Shown: positions 27,395 to 41,259 of the stretch, in pieces
Position numbering within the stretch: the stretch's first letter is position 1
Layout: every line of letters begins with the position of its first letter
Notes under the pieces: generated by a model
The model's input: only the letters and a program-made list of their open reading frames with translations
What the model was told of the DNA's origin: nothing
Database searches by the model: none
Made by a program: the position numbers and the translations under genes
Assembly (NCBI RefSeq): GCF_009914755.1
Contig: NC_060936.1
Strand: one strand, 5' to 3'
DNA length: 64,000 nt
Source of the DNA: the human T2T-CHM13v2.0 reference genome, Homo sapiens

Positions 27395-28888
27395 TAATTG
27401 TGATTGCAGTTGTTTCCATTCTGATCCTACCCCTGGGGGTTGTGGGGCTGTGGAGTTTGGCTCTGTCACCTGTAAATGGAGCAGAGCTTGTCCAACTGCA
27501 GAACCTCTGGGTGGTGGCACTCAGCTGCCTCCACAGCCTTAGTGAACCCACACGACGCTGAAGCTCCATGCTCTGCTTCTCTCCTATCCTTTTTTCATTT
27601 CCCAAAATGATTTTCTTCACTGCTGTTAATGGCTTTCTACTTCCTCCCGTCAGTCAAGATATCATCCATTATTTCTCCATCACTAACCCAGTGACATTCG
27701 GTGACACTCGACACAACTTTCTTTTACACTGTGTACTTTTGGGTGTGAAAGATGAGTAGCTGTCTCTCTGTATTTCGAGACTATAAGAGAATGTGTGTTG
27801 AGAACACTTTAAGGTGTGTCAATCCTTCATTATCCAAAGCAGATGATCTCACAGGCACCTGAACAATTTTTCTTGAAGCCTCTCTAAAATGCCAGCATCA
27901 AGTGGAATTCCAGGCATGCTCAATTTAAAAGTCTACATCTAGCGTTATAATATTCAAAGGTCAGTCAGGTTTCTATGTGATAGGTCAATGTGCTCATGAA
28001 ACCTTTCTTGTTATAACACTTTGTAGCATAAATAGCACTTTGGTTAGTGGCCTGACTCAGGGAACAGACAGTGGTAGCAAGAAAAGTAGGTACCCAGTCA
28101 ATAACCTTCCTTTGAAAGACACAGGGAGGAGGCGCATTTCCTGCATTCCTTCTCTAGCAATTTGGACAGGGCAGAGGTTCTGCTTTGGGCAAGACTAGAT
28201 TAGACCTACTATCTGGAACCCCAAGTAGATAGGTTAGAATAGCCACTTATAATCCTCACAGAAATCTTGAGTTCTGAAAAGTTCTTTCACGGAAAAAAAA
28301 AAATGAAAAAAATCAACCAAAAAAAAAAAGAGTCTTTGTACATCTATACACAACTATAAGGAATATCAAAATAGCACTTTTGAATATTCTGGGATTATGA
28401 AGTTTTCAATCACCAAATATTATCCTACATGAGAACCTAGAGTGTTGGAACATACAGGAACATGCAGACTTTCCTTGTTTTTCTTACATTTTATACAATT
28501 TGATTCACTGGCAGGCAGGGCTATACCTGTGGTATGAGTTCCAGGGGCCTCACGGTGCCCTGTGTGGCTGGAAATGAGGGACCCCAGAGTTAGCAGCAGA
28601 CGATGGGGACAGAGAAGGGACAAGTCAGGCAGGGCTGATAGGGCTTTCACTCTGCATGAGGTGGGGGTAGGCAGAACTCCATGAATGGAAGAGTGACTTG
28701 AGCCTTCACTTGGAACCTCACACGGAAGAGTGATCCATGAATGTCCATTCAACTGTGAAGTGAAAGAAAGGTATGAGACCAAAACCAAAACGAACCCTTT
28801 AGAATAAAAAATATGTGATTTACTTTACAAGTGCAACCTTTATGAATTTAACATTCTAGTTCATTTTTAAAATGAAACACTTAACTTC

Positions 28889-29183
28889 TTTTTTGTTGTT
28901 TTTGAGACGGAGTCTCACTCTGCTGCCCAGGCTGGAGTGCGCTGGTGCAATCTCAGTTCACTGCAACCTCTGCCTCCTGGGTTTAAGCTATTCTCTTGCC
29001 TCAGCCTCCTGAGTGGCTGGGATTACAGGTGTGTGCCGCTATGCCCGGCTAATTTTTGTATTTTCAGTAGAGATTGGGTTTCCATGTTGGCCAGGCTGGT
29101 CTAGAACCCCTGACCTCAGGTGATCCACCCACCTCCGACTCCGAAAGTGCTGGGATTACAGATGTGAGCCACTGCACCCAGTC
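28889..29183 (-). mobile_element. AluSx-like
   Basis: Complete antisense Alu with ctgacctcaggtgatccacc. Confidence 0.95.
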
Positions 29184-29992
29184 TTCATTTCTTTTATTTG
29201 ATGAACATCCATTTACTAGTTTGCTAGACTTGATGCAACACATATATTTATGAACACGAAGAGAAAAATAATTTCAAGTCTCTAATTGTAACATCATAAA
29301 GGATATTTGGGGGTCTCTGTAGATGAATCCAAAAATGGCACCACCACTCCAAAGGGGAACTCCTCTCTGCTTGTTAAACCCTGCTAACAAATGGCATTGG
29401 TATTTTAGTTCTTCCAGAAACACATGGCAGCTGGGATCCAAGGCCACCTATAGCTATAAGAGGGCTATTTTAAATGTTCTTCCAAATAAGCAAAGACCTT
29501 TTAAGAATATTCAGTTAATTTTAATCTTTAACATTCATATCAGTAACTTTATTGACTGAACTTTTGCATTTAAAGTTGTAATAAAATAGTATTATTAAGT
29601 GATATCATAGGATATCATTGAAGAGCAGATTAATTTATAACTGAGATTAGATTTTTGGAGATTGCATTACAATACAAATAATATGGTGTTTTTTCAATAT
29701 CCAATCATTTGTTACTTTGTTTACTAAATCCACATTTATCACAGTTTAATAGAATTTTTTTACAGGAGAAATGACAAAGTTTAATATTAATGGACACTGT
29801 TCTCATGGAAAGTCTCTACCTTATGTATTAAATTAATTTTAATCAAAACAATTTCAGTCCTTTCCTGCCTCATGTGCTAGCAAATTAAAAATGGAAATGA
29901 AGACTCCTTACTCAAAAGCATTATTTCTTCCTTTTAGTTTACCAGTAGAAAGTCAAGGACTTGAAACTCTATGAACACATTTTTCTTCCAGC

Positions 29993-30016
29993 TTTGTTGT
30001 TGTTGTTGTTGTTGTT
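29993..30016. repeat. (TTG)n microsatellite
   Basis: Direct reading. Confidence 0.95.
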
Positions 30017-31082
30017 CAAAAACTCAGTAACAGATAGATAGAGAATTGACCAGACATTTCCAAAAGCCCTTTGGCTGTGCAAGTACATTTGGGTTTCCTT
30101 CAGAGCATGACAGCATATCCCTTATTTGTCCACAACAAACAAATCTTATTTAATCTATACATTTTTGTGCTGAAATAAATACTTTTGCAGAAGGAAATGA
30201 CCTTCTAGGTTGACTGAGGATCACAGACATTTTATCAGGTTGCCCATGGCTGATAACCAAATACTGTGGCACATGAGCAAAATGTGTAGACCCTGGGTAC
30301 AACACGATCTTACGGGAGCAGAGTTGGAGAAAGGGCATCTAGATGAACAAATGTTTAATAGAACCTAGACAATCTGCTGTTGCAGCATTGAAACCTTCGT
30401 AACCACTCAAGCAATAGAGAATTTTATTTTACATTCCTGGATGCAAGGTTATTGATGACCAGCCCATATGAATCAACCAAAAATTGAGTCACACGGAAGA
30501 ATCTGAATAATAGTGAAACTCATAGTTTGTACTACTAATTTACCTAGGATGTATTTCACCTATAATAGAAACTCTTAAACAATTCCACTTATCATGTCAC
30601 CAGATTAACAGACATTCTCATTTCCTCTGTAAAACATACTGTGGTTGCCCACAACCTAGTAAACATTCTCTAGTAAGCCTGTGCACTTCTGCTCCCACTG
30701 TATTGAGTTGTACAGTTGCTAAGAGTCAGCTGAGTTGGTTCCCAAAGTTAATCCTGTTGTACTTCCTATCAATATTACATAAATTAAATTATCTGAAAGT
30801 TGGTAAAATATAAATGTAAAAAGGACTAATTGCAATTTTTATGAAAATTATGCAAGTGAAATGGAAAGATAACATCATGATGAGGAGGTTGCTTAAATAT
30901 TTGTGCTATTGAAGCAGGTGTGGGTAAGATAACTGTAAGAGACTGGAAGAAAGTATAAAAATCGAAGTTTTCTAAACAGATTGAGATGCAACTGTGTTTC
31001 TCATTCCACTTCAAAGCTATCAAAATTGATAATCATTAGTTATCATTATTGGTGGGGTTTTCCAAGAAAGATGAAGTGGTAT

Positions 31083-31658
<576 letters not shown>

Positions 31659-32056
31659 TGTATTCTAACCAATAGAATTTTATTCAAAGAAAAGCCCTTG
31701 GCCTTACATTAAAATGTTCATGAATAAATGTCTGTTTGCTCATTTTAGGTTAAAATGAAATGAAATGTTTAAGGTCACATATAATTTGTTTCATCATTCC
31801 CTACTTTAAAAATTAATCAGCCAACTGTTGGCCAAGTACACATCACTTAGGGGGTTACTTCTGTATTTTATTCCAGCAGTTTTTTTGTATTACTTCTGTG
31901 GTTTTCTTGGATGACTATTTTGAAGTTCTTGTGTAGGAATAGTGAGTTGATTTTGAATGGTAACTGGATGAGGAAGATATGTTTAATTTATTATTTGCAT
32001 CCATTGTAATGGAATGATAGAATGATAGAAGCATTTCTCAGGATGACTGACTTTTT

Positions 32057-32975
32057 ATTATTATTATTATACTTTAAGTTTTAGGGTACATGTGCACAAC
32101 GTGCAGGTTTGTTACATATGTATACATGTGCCATGTTGGTGTGCTGCACCCATTAACTCGTCATTTAGCATTAGGTATATCTCCTAATGCTATCCCTCCC
32201 CCCTGCCCCCACCCCACACAACAGTCCCCAGTGTGTGATGTTCCCCTTCCTGTGTCCATGTGTTCTCATAGTTCAATTCCCACCTATGAGTGAGAACATG
32301 CGGTGCTTGGTTTTTTGTCCTTGTGATAGTTTGCTGAGAATGATGGTTTCCAGCTTCATCCATGTCCCTACAAAGGACATGAACTCATCATTTTTTATGG
32401 CTGCATAGTATTCCATGGTGTATATGTGCCACATTTTCTTAATCCAGTCTATCATTGTTGGACATTTGGGTTGGTTCCAAGTCTTTGCTTTGTGAATAGT
32501 GCCGCAATAAACATACATGTGCATGTGTCTTTATAGCAGCATGATTTATAATCCTTTGGGTATATACTCAGTAATGGGATGGTGGGGTCAAATTGTATTT
32601 CTAGTTCTAGATCCCTGAGGAATCGCCAAACTGACTTCCACAATGGTTGAACTAGTCTACAGTCCCACCAACAGTGTAAAAGTGTTCCTATTTCTCCACA
32701 TCCTCTCCAGCACCTGTTGTTTCCTGACTTTTTAATGATCGCCATTCTAACTGGTGTGAGATGGTATCTCATTGTGGTTTTGATTTGCATCTCTCTGATG
32801 GCCAGTGATGTTGAGCATTTTTTCGTGTGTCTGTTGGCTGCATAAATGTCTTCTTTTGAGAAGTGTCTGTTCATATCCTTTGCCTACTTTTTGATGGGGT
32901 TGTTTGTTTTTTTCTTGTAAGTTTGTTTGGGTTCTTTGTAGATTCTGGATATTAGCCCTTTGTCAGATGAGTAGA
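32057..32975 (-). mobile_element. 5'-truncated L1PA4-like element
   Basis: ORFs 32452..32874 and 32273..32524 (-) encode the ORF2 C-terminus; tail decayed to (ATT)n; TSD gacttttt at 32049-32056 and 32974-32981. Confidence 0.96.
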
Positions 32976-33059
32976 CTTTTTTTTGTTACACAATGGCTCC
33001 AAACGAGTCACTCTGCCCTGATTTCATAAACTTGGGTAGTATCTTCTAATATTAATTTC

Positions 33060-33512
33060 ATGGAGTGATAGAATATGACAAAAGCAATGCTGTACAACTA
33101 TGAGGCCTAGGCTTTAAGGGGATTGGGACCTTCTGCTTTTGCTTGCCTGCTTCCCTGAGATGCTGTGCAAAGATGCTCAAGCTCTCCTCATGGATCTCTA
33201 GCCATGTACAGAGAGAGACTCTGGAAGATAAAAGACCACTTTGAAGAAAGAAAGACCAGCCAGCATCCATTCATTCCAGTCACCATAGATGAGGTGCTAA
33301 ACATATGAGCAAGTCCATCTTGGATGCCCCAGACCCAGCCGTGACATCAGCTCACTGCAAATGCATGAGTTTGCCCAACTGACACCACAACAAGTAGAGA
33401 CGAGCTGCCCAGCTGAGCCCAGACTGATTGTAGAATTTTCAGCAAATAAAAAATTGTTTTTTTAAACCACTAATTCTGGGAGTCGTTTGGTACACAACAG
33501 CATGTAACTATC
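33060..33512 (+). mobile_element. Old MLT1 (H/I/J-like) LTR
   Basis: ccagctgagccc...gcaaataaaaaattgttttttt aaaccactaa...tttggtacacaacag...taac 3' end pattern. Confidence 0.7.
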
Positions 33513-35263
33513 CCCAAACTAAATAGTTACAAAGCCTTGAAGCCTCTGGCAGATGGTTCTCTGATTTCCTGAAATATATAACCACAAGCTATAATGCGCT
33601 AGCATCAGTAAAAATAAGAAAGTTTGCCCCCCCACCACACACACAAAAGGAAAGCTAGTACTTATGCTTGTTAAAGCTTTAAGAAAAGAGTTCTGATATT
33701 TTTTTAAATTTAGGTTTTAAATTAAATCCATAACCGTAGGGGCAACATTTTCCAGGGGAGATTTTGCTCATACTGCAGAAATAAAATATGCTACGCTAAA
33801 AAGGGAACGGGCAGCAGTAATTCTGAAATATTTTTAAAATAAAGTAAAAAGTCAAAGAAGCAGAATGGTCATCCTGTCTATCAATATTGTATTAATTTGA
33901 AAAAATATAAGCAAGGCAACAGATTGATTATTATAGATTACTATAAGCATGATGTCAAATCTAACTATTGTCTTTGAAATCAGTGTGTCACTGTAGCGGT
34001 AACAAACACATGTTAGAACTGGTTTTTGATAGTATAATCTTAGCCCTGAATTTCCCCAATTATTATCCTGCCTGCTGTGTGTGTATATGGAGAACATAAA
34101 AAATGCTGTAGTTAAAATGGGAATGGGACAAATAGGAAGGGGTATAATCTCTCCCTCAGGAACCTCTACAAAACCAGTAATATCAAAGTAAAGACAATCT
34201 TCCAATTACTTGTGTAAATAACCATTAAAATGATTAATAGTCCTTGTGTTTTTTCCATTCTCTCTAGTGCATGTTAAAAGGTCATGTTTTATTTAGAAAA
34301 TGACCAACATCATTTGACTATTTGCAGTAAGGAGCTCCACACAAAAATGATGTTGTCAAAGCAGAAAGTATTTTCATCCTGGTATGAGAAGATAAAATAT
34401 TTCAAAAATTACTATGCAGTATATTTCTAGCTTTTTTTTCATTTCTCGAGAGACATGTTTCTTTCCAGGAGCATAGTTGATAAAACATGATTTATTTTTA
34501 TAATGTAAGCAGAGAAAAATTGAGAGTACCTAACCAGCTTCAATAATCCTGTAAAATTAACTACTGGTGATTTTTGCTAATTTTATATCCTTATTCTGAG
34601 CTTTGATTTAAGGATAGCATTATTTTTCTGTTTGAATCTGACAGAAAAATACACTTCAATAATAAAAAGAATTTACTAAAACATTTCTTTCCATTCTATA
34701 GTTTTCAGAGGAACATAATACTCTTCTATTCACTCAAGAATGCCATTTAAATGACTAAATTTTAATTAATTGTTAAAGTTAATATCACCTACTCTGTGTC
34801 CGTTCAGTTTAGAATGACATTCTCTAATAGCCAAAGTATGAGATATTCATTACAGAACATTTGGCAAATAAAATACCTTAAAGAGAAAATAGAAACAAGA
34901 ATAATCTTATAACCCTGAGATAGTCATGTAAATTTTGGTAAACTGTCTCCCAGTGAAGATATATGAATGTTTAATACATTTTATATATATGTTTTACTCC
35001 TCTATAAAACATGAAACTTTGGTCTGATTTTTTTCTTTGTAATTTATATTTCTCTGACAGTTGGGAAAATTTTTGATGAACACTTTGTTTTTTTGAAAGA
35101 GACTTTATTTATAAAACAGTTTTAGATTCACAGCAAAACTGAGTAGAAGATATGGAGATTTCCTGTATACTGGCTGCCCTCACATATGTCTAGTCTTCCA
35201 TGTTATCAACATCCCCCACCAAGTAGTATATTTTTTACAACTGATAAACCTACACTGACACAT

Positions 35264-35639
35264 TGCTGTGGTTTGAGTGTGTCCCCTAAAACTTCATGTG
35301 CTGAAAACGCAACCCTCTGCCTTCATGAATGGGTTAACGGATTAATAAGGGCTGTGCCCTCAAGAATGGCTTAATGCTACTATCACAGGAGTAGGTTCAT
35401 TATTGTGGGAGCGGCTTTGTCATCAAAGCAAGCTCTCTCTGGTTCTCTTGCTCTTGACCTCTTGCCATGTGATGCACTCTGTCATCTTATGATGCAGCAC
35501 GAAGGCCCTTGCCAGATACCAGTGCCAGGCCTTTGGACTCAACAGCCTCCAAAACCATAAGCTAAATAAACAACTTTTTTCTTTATAACATACTGTGTCT
35601 GTAGTATTCTGTCATAGCAATAGAAAATGGATGAAGACA
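35264..35639 (+). mobile_element. MSTD-like MaLR LTR
   Basis: tgctgtggtttgag...tagcaatagaaaatggatgaagaca; TSD cacat/tacat. Confidence 0.85.
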
Positions 35640-36212
35640 TACATCATTATCACCTAAAGTCCATTGTTTACATAAGTTTACTCTTTGGTTGTAAATTTTG
35701 TGGGTTTAGAGAAATATATAATGATATGTATTCACTATTATATTATCATACAGAGTAGTTTCACTGCCCTAAAAATCTTCTATGTTCTGCCCGTTTGTCT
35801 CTCCCTCTCCCCCTACCCCTTGAAAACCACTCATCTTTTTACTTCTTCATAGTTTTACTTTTTAAGAATATCATATTCTTGGAATTATACAGTAGGTAGC
35901 CTTTTCTGACTGGCTTATTACACTTAATAATATTTACATGGCTTGATAGCTTTTTCTTTTTAGCAATAAATAACATTTCATTGTTTGGAGGTACCACAGC
36001 TTATCTCTTCACCTATTGAAAGAGATTCCAGATGCTTCCATGTTTTGCCAATTACAAATAAAAGTGCTATAAACTTTTATAGCACATGCAGTTTGTGTGT
36101 GTGTGTGTAGACATCAGTTTTCAACTCCATTGGGCAAATCCCAAGGGCCACAATTGCTAGATTGCATAGTAAGTGTATGTTTAGTTTTGTAAACAAACAA
36201 ACAAAACCCTGC

Positions 36213-36500
36213 TGTCTTGGTCCATTCTGTGGGTTGCTATAATAGAATACTTAAGGCTGGGTAAGTTTTTAAAGAAAAGGGGTTTCTTTGGCTCATGATT
36301 CTGATGGCTAGAAAGTCCAAGAGCATAGGACTGGCATCTGCTTGGCTTTTGGTGAGGGCTTCCTGCTGTCCCATACATGGCAGAGAGTGGAAAGGAAAGC
36401 AGGTGTGTGTAAAGAGACCAAACTCAAGAGACGACCTCACTTTAAAACAACCCATTCTCATAGGGATTAATTCATTCTTGTGAGAACTAATTCAGTCTTG
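36213..36500 (-). mobile_element. Partial MSTC-like MaLR LTR
   Basis: tgtcttggtccattctgtgggttgctataatagaatac...ggctcatgattctg...aagtccaaga. Confidence 0.8.
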
Positions 36501-37327
36501 TTACCTTCTTGGGTGAGGCATCTTAAGGTTTTTGGTCCAGTTTTAAAATTTGGTGTTTTTTTTTTTTTTTATTGTTGGGTTTGCAAGAGTTCTTTGTGTA
36601 TTTTGGATAGCTGTCCTTTATCAGAGGTCTTGTGCAAATATTTTTCCCAGTCTGTGGCTTCTCTTTTTATTCTCTTGAGAGTGTCTTTTGCAGGTCAGAA
36701 ATTTTTAATTTTAATAAAGCCTAGCTTATTATTTTTTTCTTTCACAGATTGTGTCTTGGGTGTTGTGTCACTGCTGAAGCCTAAGTCATTTAGATATTTC
36801 TCCTATGTTACCTTCTAAAAGGTTTATAGTTTTCTGTTTTCAGTTAGGTCCGTGACTCACTTTGAATTAATTTTTGTGAAGGCTGTAAGTACTGTGTCTA
36901 GATTTCTTTTTTTGCATGTGGATATCCAATGTTCTAGCATTATTGGTTGAAAAGACTATCTTCTCCATTCTATTACCTTTGTTTCTTTGTCAAGATTAGT
37001 TGGGTCTAGTTATGGGCTCTTTATTCTGTTCCATTGATCTAGTTGTTTATTACACTGTCTAATTACCGTAGTTTTATAATAAGCCTTGAAGTCAGATAGT
37101 GTCAGCCCTCCAACTTGGCTTTTCTTTTTCAGTATTGTGTTGGTTATTCTAAGTATTTTTGCCTTTTTTCCACAAAATTTAGAATCACTTTGTTGATATC
37201 CAAAAAATAACTTGCTGGAATTCTCACTGGGATTGCATTAAAATCTATAGATCAAGTTGGGTAGAATCGACATGTTGTCAATATTGTACCTTCCTATCCA
37301 TGAATATGAAATATATCCTTCCATTTA

Positions 37328-38017
37328 TAGTAATCCCCCATTATCCTTAAGGCATATGTTCTAGGAGCTCCATTGGGTGTCTGAAACCATGGATAGTACA
37401 AAACCATATGTATAAAGATGCTCTTAAACTTATAATACAGTTAAGTCATGATAAACTCATTGTAAGTTGAAAATATCGTAAGTCAAAATGCATCTAATAC
37501 ACCTAGCCTATGGAACATCATAACTTAGCCTAGACTAACTTATATGTGCTTAGAACATCAATTGGGCAAAGTCATCTATGACAAAGCCTATTTTATAATA
37601 AAATGTTGAATATCTCATGCAATTTACTGAATACTGCACTGAATGTGAAAACAGAATGGTTGTATGGATACTCGTAGTATGATTTCTACTAGATGCATAT
37701 TGCTTTTGCACCATCTTAAAGTCAAAATATCATAAGTGTAACCATCATAAGTCAGGGACTGTTTTGTACTATGCTTTTTTCCTAACAATACATACTTATA
37801 ATAAAATTTAATTTGTAAATTAGGCAAAGTAAGAGGTTAACAACTCATAAAAAATTGAAAAATTATAACAATAAACCATAATAAATATTAAGTGAAGGTG
37901 GTCTCTCTCTCTCTCAAAATATCTTATTGTACTGTAGTCATTTGTTTTTAGACTGTGGTTTACCACAGGTAACTGAGACTATAGAAAGTAAAATGATGGA
38001 TAAGGGGGGGTCTACTG
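37328..38017 (-). mobile_element. MER44A-like Tigger MITE
   Basis: Terminal inverted repeats tagtaatcccccattatcc / ggataagggggggtctactg flanked by TA. Confidence 0.88.
37415..37766 (+). mobile_element. MER47A-like Tigger MITE nested in MER44A
   Basis: agatgctc...cattgtaagttgaaaatatcgtaagtc...aaccatcataagtcagggac; TA on both sides. Confidence 0.88.
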
Positions 38018-38617
38018 TATTTGAATATCTTTTGATTTCTTTCATCAGAATTTTGTAGTTTTCTTCACACAGATCTTGTACATATTTTATTATATTTACA
38101 TCTAAGTATTCATTTTAGGGTATCATAGATGTCATTGTGTTTTTATCTTCAAATTCCACTTGTTTGTTGCTGGTAAATAGGAAAGCAATTAACTTTTGTA
38201 TATTAATGTTGTATCCTGCAACCTTGCTATAATTACTTTTGAGTTCCAGGAGTTTTTTTTTTTTTTTTCAGTTCTTTCAGATTTCCTATATAGATAATTA
38301 TGTCATCTGCAAACAAAGACAATTTGATTTCTTCCTCCTCAATATGTGCACCTTTTATTTTGTTTTTTGGTGCTATTGTATTAGCTAGTACTTTAGTAAG
38401 ATATTGCAAAGCAGTGAAACAAAAACATCTTTGCCTTGTTTCTGCTTGTTTCTGATAGTATTAAATGCAGAAGAGGATTTACCCTGCTTCGTCTTGCTCA
38501 CATTTGCATGATTCAAAAGCAAAGTTTATGTATCAAGTTGCTACAAGTTCAAAATTAAACACATTAATGATCTGAAACATTTTCAAGATGACTGCCATGA
38601 AAATTCAGTATTGTGAT

Positions 38618-39060
38618 TGTGATGGTTAATACTGAGTGTCGACTTGATTGGACTGAAGGATGCAAAGTATTTATCCTGGGTGTGTCTGTGAGGATGTTGC
38701 CAAAGGAGATTAACATTTGAATCAGTGGGCTGGGAAAGGCAGACCTACCCTTAATCTAGGTGGGTACCACCTAATCAGCTGCCAGAGTGGCTAGAATATA
38801 AAGCAGGCAGACAAACATGAAAAGACTGGCCTGACCTAGCCTCCCAGCCTACATCTTTCTCCCGTGTTAGATGCTTCCTGCTCTCGAACATCAGACTCCA
38901 AGTTCTTCAGTTTTGGGATTCCTGGCTCTCCTTGCTCCTCAGCTTGCAGATGACCTACTGTGAGACCTTGTGATCATGTAAGTTAATACTTAATAAACTC
39001 TCCTTTATATATTTATCTATCCTATTAGTTCTGTCCGTCTAGAGAACACTGACTAATACA
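38618..39060 (+). mobile_element. MLT2A1/A2 ERVL solo LTR
   Basis: tgtgatggttaatactgagtgtc...gactaataca; TSD gtgat/atgat; TATAAA 38797-38802; AATAAA 38992-38997. Confidence 0.93.
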
Positions 39061-39432
39061 ATGATGTAAATGGAGTACCCAAGAGCTTTACATTCAGTTG
39101 TGGATTAACGCAGTATCCAAATCTTTGCTTCCCCAATAAGTCATATCATGTTTTCTATACTGCCTCCAGGTGGAAAAATATGAGGAGAGTGTCAGAACTA
39201 TTCATTTTTAATCAATATAAATATGCATATGGATTTTTAAAAAGTCTCACATTTCCAGCATGGCAATAAAGTACTATCTCATTTTATTTTAAATCTAATG
39301 TAACGAATCTGGTAGAATATTTTAATTGCTATAAAGTATTTCCATGTAAATTCTTCTCAAGCTGTGAGTGCCTACTGTATACTGAATTGTGTCATTAGTG
39401 ATTTTTCAGAAAAATATCCTGAGAACTCACCA

Positions 39433-39701
39433 TTTTTTTTGAGATAGGGTCTTGCTCTATTGCCCAGGCTGCAGTGCAGTGGCCTGATCATGGACCGAAG
39501 TGATCCTCTCACTTCAACCTCCCAAGTAGCTGGGACCAGAGGCATAAGCCACCATACCTGGCTAATTTTTAATTTTTTTTTATAGAGATGGGGTCTCCCT
39601 GTAGTGCCCAGGCTGATCTTAAACTCCTGGGCTCATGTGATCCTTGCACCTTGGCTTCCCAAAGTGTTCATATTACAGGTGTGAGCCACCATGCATAGCC
39701 C
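39433..39701 (-). mobile_element. AluJ with a ~25-bp internal deletion in the right arm
   Basis: gagatagggtcttgctct...ctcctgggctc (J-type); the ctcactgcagcctc segment is missing. Confidence 0.9.
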
Positions 39702-40415
39702 CAAAACAACCACCTCCTGTTTACCTCCATGTATTCAACTGGATGTTACATTTTCATTTCTTAAGGAATAACTACAGAAATTTTTATATATAAATACAGA
39801 AAAACTAAAATACAAGATAAGTTGGCACATTTAATAACAGACTTAAATACTGAGCACAAACTTGAAGTGCAAGAACTATGCCACTTCCAAGGGCATATTC
39901 ATTGTCAAGAAAGACAAACAAACAAAAAAACATGTCATATACTGGGAGGAGATGAGTGAAATACACAATGGTCTGAAAAGTATAAATGTGTATCATGCAC
40001 TTATTTGAGGGCAGTGGTAGACTGTTTCCCTGTTCAAAACCTGGGCTTTCAGGAAATTACCATGGAAGTAGTGTACTTAGGCATTACAGGCAGAGTGGAA
40101 CTTCTGAGCAAAAAAATAATGAAAACAGACAAAACCATAACAATTAGAAATTTGTTATTTTACATTACGCCTTTACTCATGGCTTTATGAACTTGCATTT
40201 GAAATGGTACTTTATCTCTATGAAAGCCATGACTTCCAAAATAAGTGAAAATGTGATTTATTAAATAAGCCTGTACTCAAAACCATGGAGAAGTTGTGCT
40301 CATTCGAACAGGCCTGCTACCTGCATATGAATAAAATGCCTTAGCTTGTAAATATAAGTTTCTTTGTATGTGCCAGAGATGCAGATAGAGCTCACACAGG
40401 GTTCTGTCATCTTAC

Positions 40416-40567
40416 CTGAGGCATCTTCTCAGAACACGGCAGGGCCCAATTATAGATCTGAGGGCACACAAGGGAAACGTAACTCTCCAATTATCAGGCC
40501 AATCTGGCTTTCCTAATTTAGGGTGCATTGGGCAGAAGACGCAACAGCACTGCTTCAGAGTTAGATC
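40416..40567 (-). other. Candidate spliced exon (152 bp) in unique sequence
   Basis: Minus strand: ttttataattatcctctgcAG|G acceptor and CAG|GTAAGA donor. Confidence 0.3.
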
Positions 40568-41259
40568 CTGCAGAGGATAATTATAAAAGTTTATCCTTCT
40601 AGGGGGAATTCCAGCATTAGGTAAACGCTTTCTTCTTTTCATGTCTATCTTTTCTAAAAGGGCAGCCTTTTTAATCATGGATATTTGATGAAATGGTCTC
40701 AGTTAATCAATGTCAGTACAATGAAACAAAGGATTAAGTTATTTTTAAAAATGAAAATAGCTTGTAATCACAACCTCCTCTGCAAAATAAAAAAAAAATT
40801 AGCTATAACATGCAGAATAGCTTTAGTCTCTGCTTTTATTAACTTGATTATTTCCTCAATTCAAGTTTCTTCCATTATTAGAATCAATTCAATGGTGAAT
40901 ATGAAGGTTCAAGGTCTCTCTCCACCTACATGTTTTTGCTTTCGTTTGCACAAATCTCAGGGTCTCCATGTTTAGAAAAAAAGCAAATGTATTCCAGACC
41001 TTGAGGCTGTGCAGGGGATTTGTGAATCATCTCAAGGACACAGTTATGGTGGGAGGTAAAGTAGGGCTTAAATGAGGTAATTATGACATGCCTGGCCTGG
41101 ACAACAGTGTGAAGAGTACAGTTGTAAGTAATGAGAGAAGAGAGGAAAAGCTAAAGGCATCTGTGAGCCCTTCTTGAACAATTAGAAGGGGGACACGTCT
41201 GAAACCAGATGGTTTAGCCAAATTAATTTCATGCATTTCTCTGATCTGAAGTAATGGGT

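Larger units (their letters stand above)
35095..38440 (-). mobile_element. L1MC1-like element hosting four younger insertions
   Basis: 3' end cagttttagattcacagcaaaactgagtagaag; antisense ORF2 resumes between inserts, up to tgtcatctgcaaacaaagac (reverse of the LFADD motif) near 38300. Confidence 0.85.

Noticed and set aside
32057-32975. This L1 as the displaced 3' end of the 24976-27337 element
   Set aside because: It has its own TSD (gacttttt), lies on the wrong side, and its L1 coordinates do not abut the missing breakpoint
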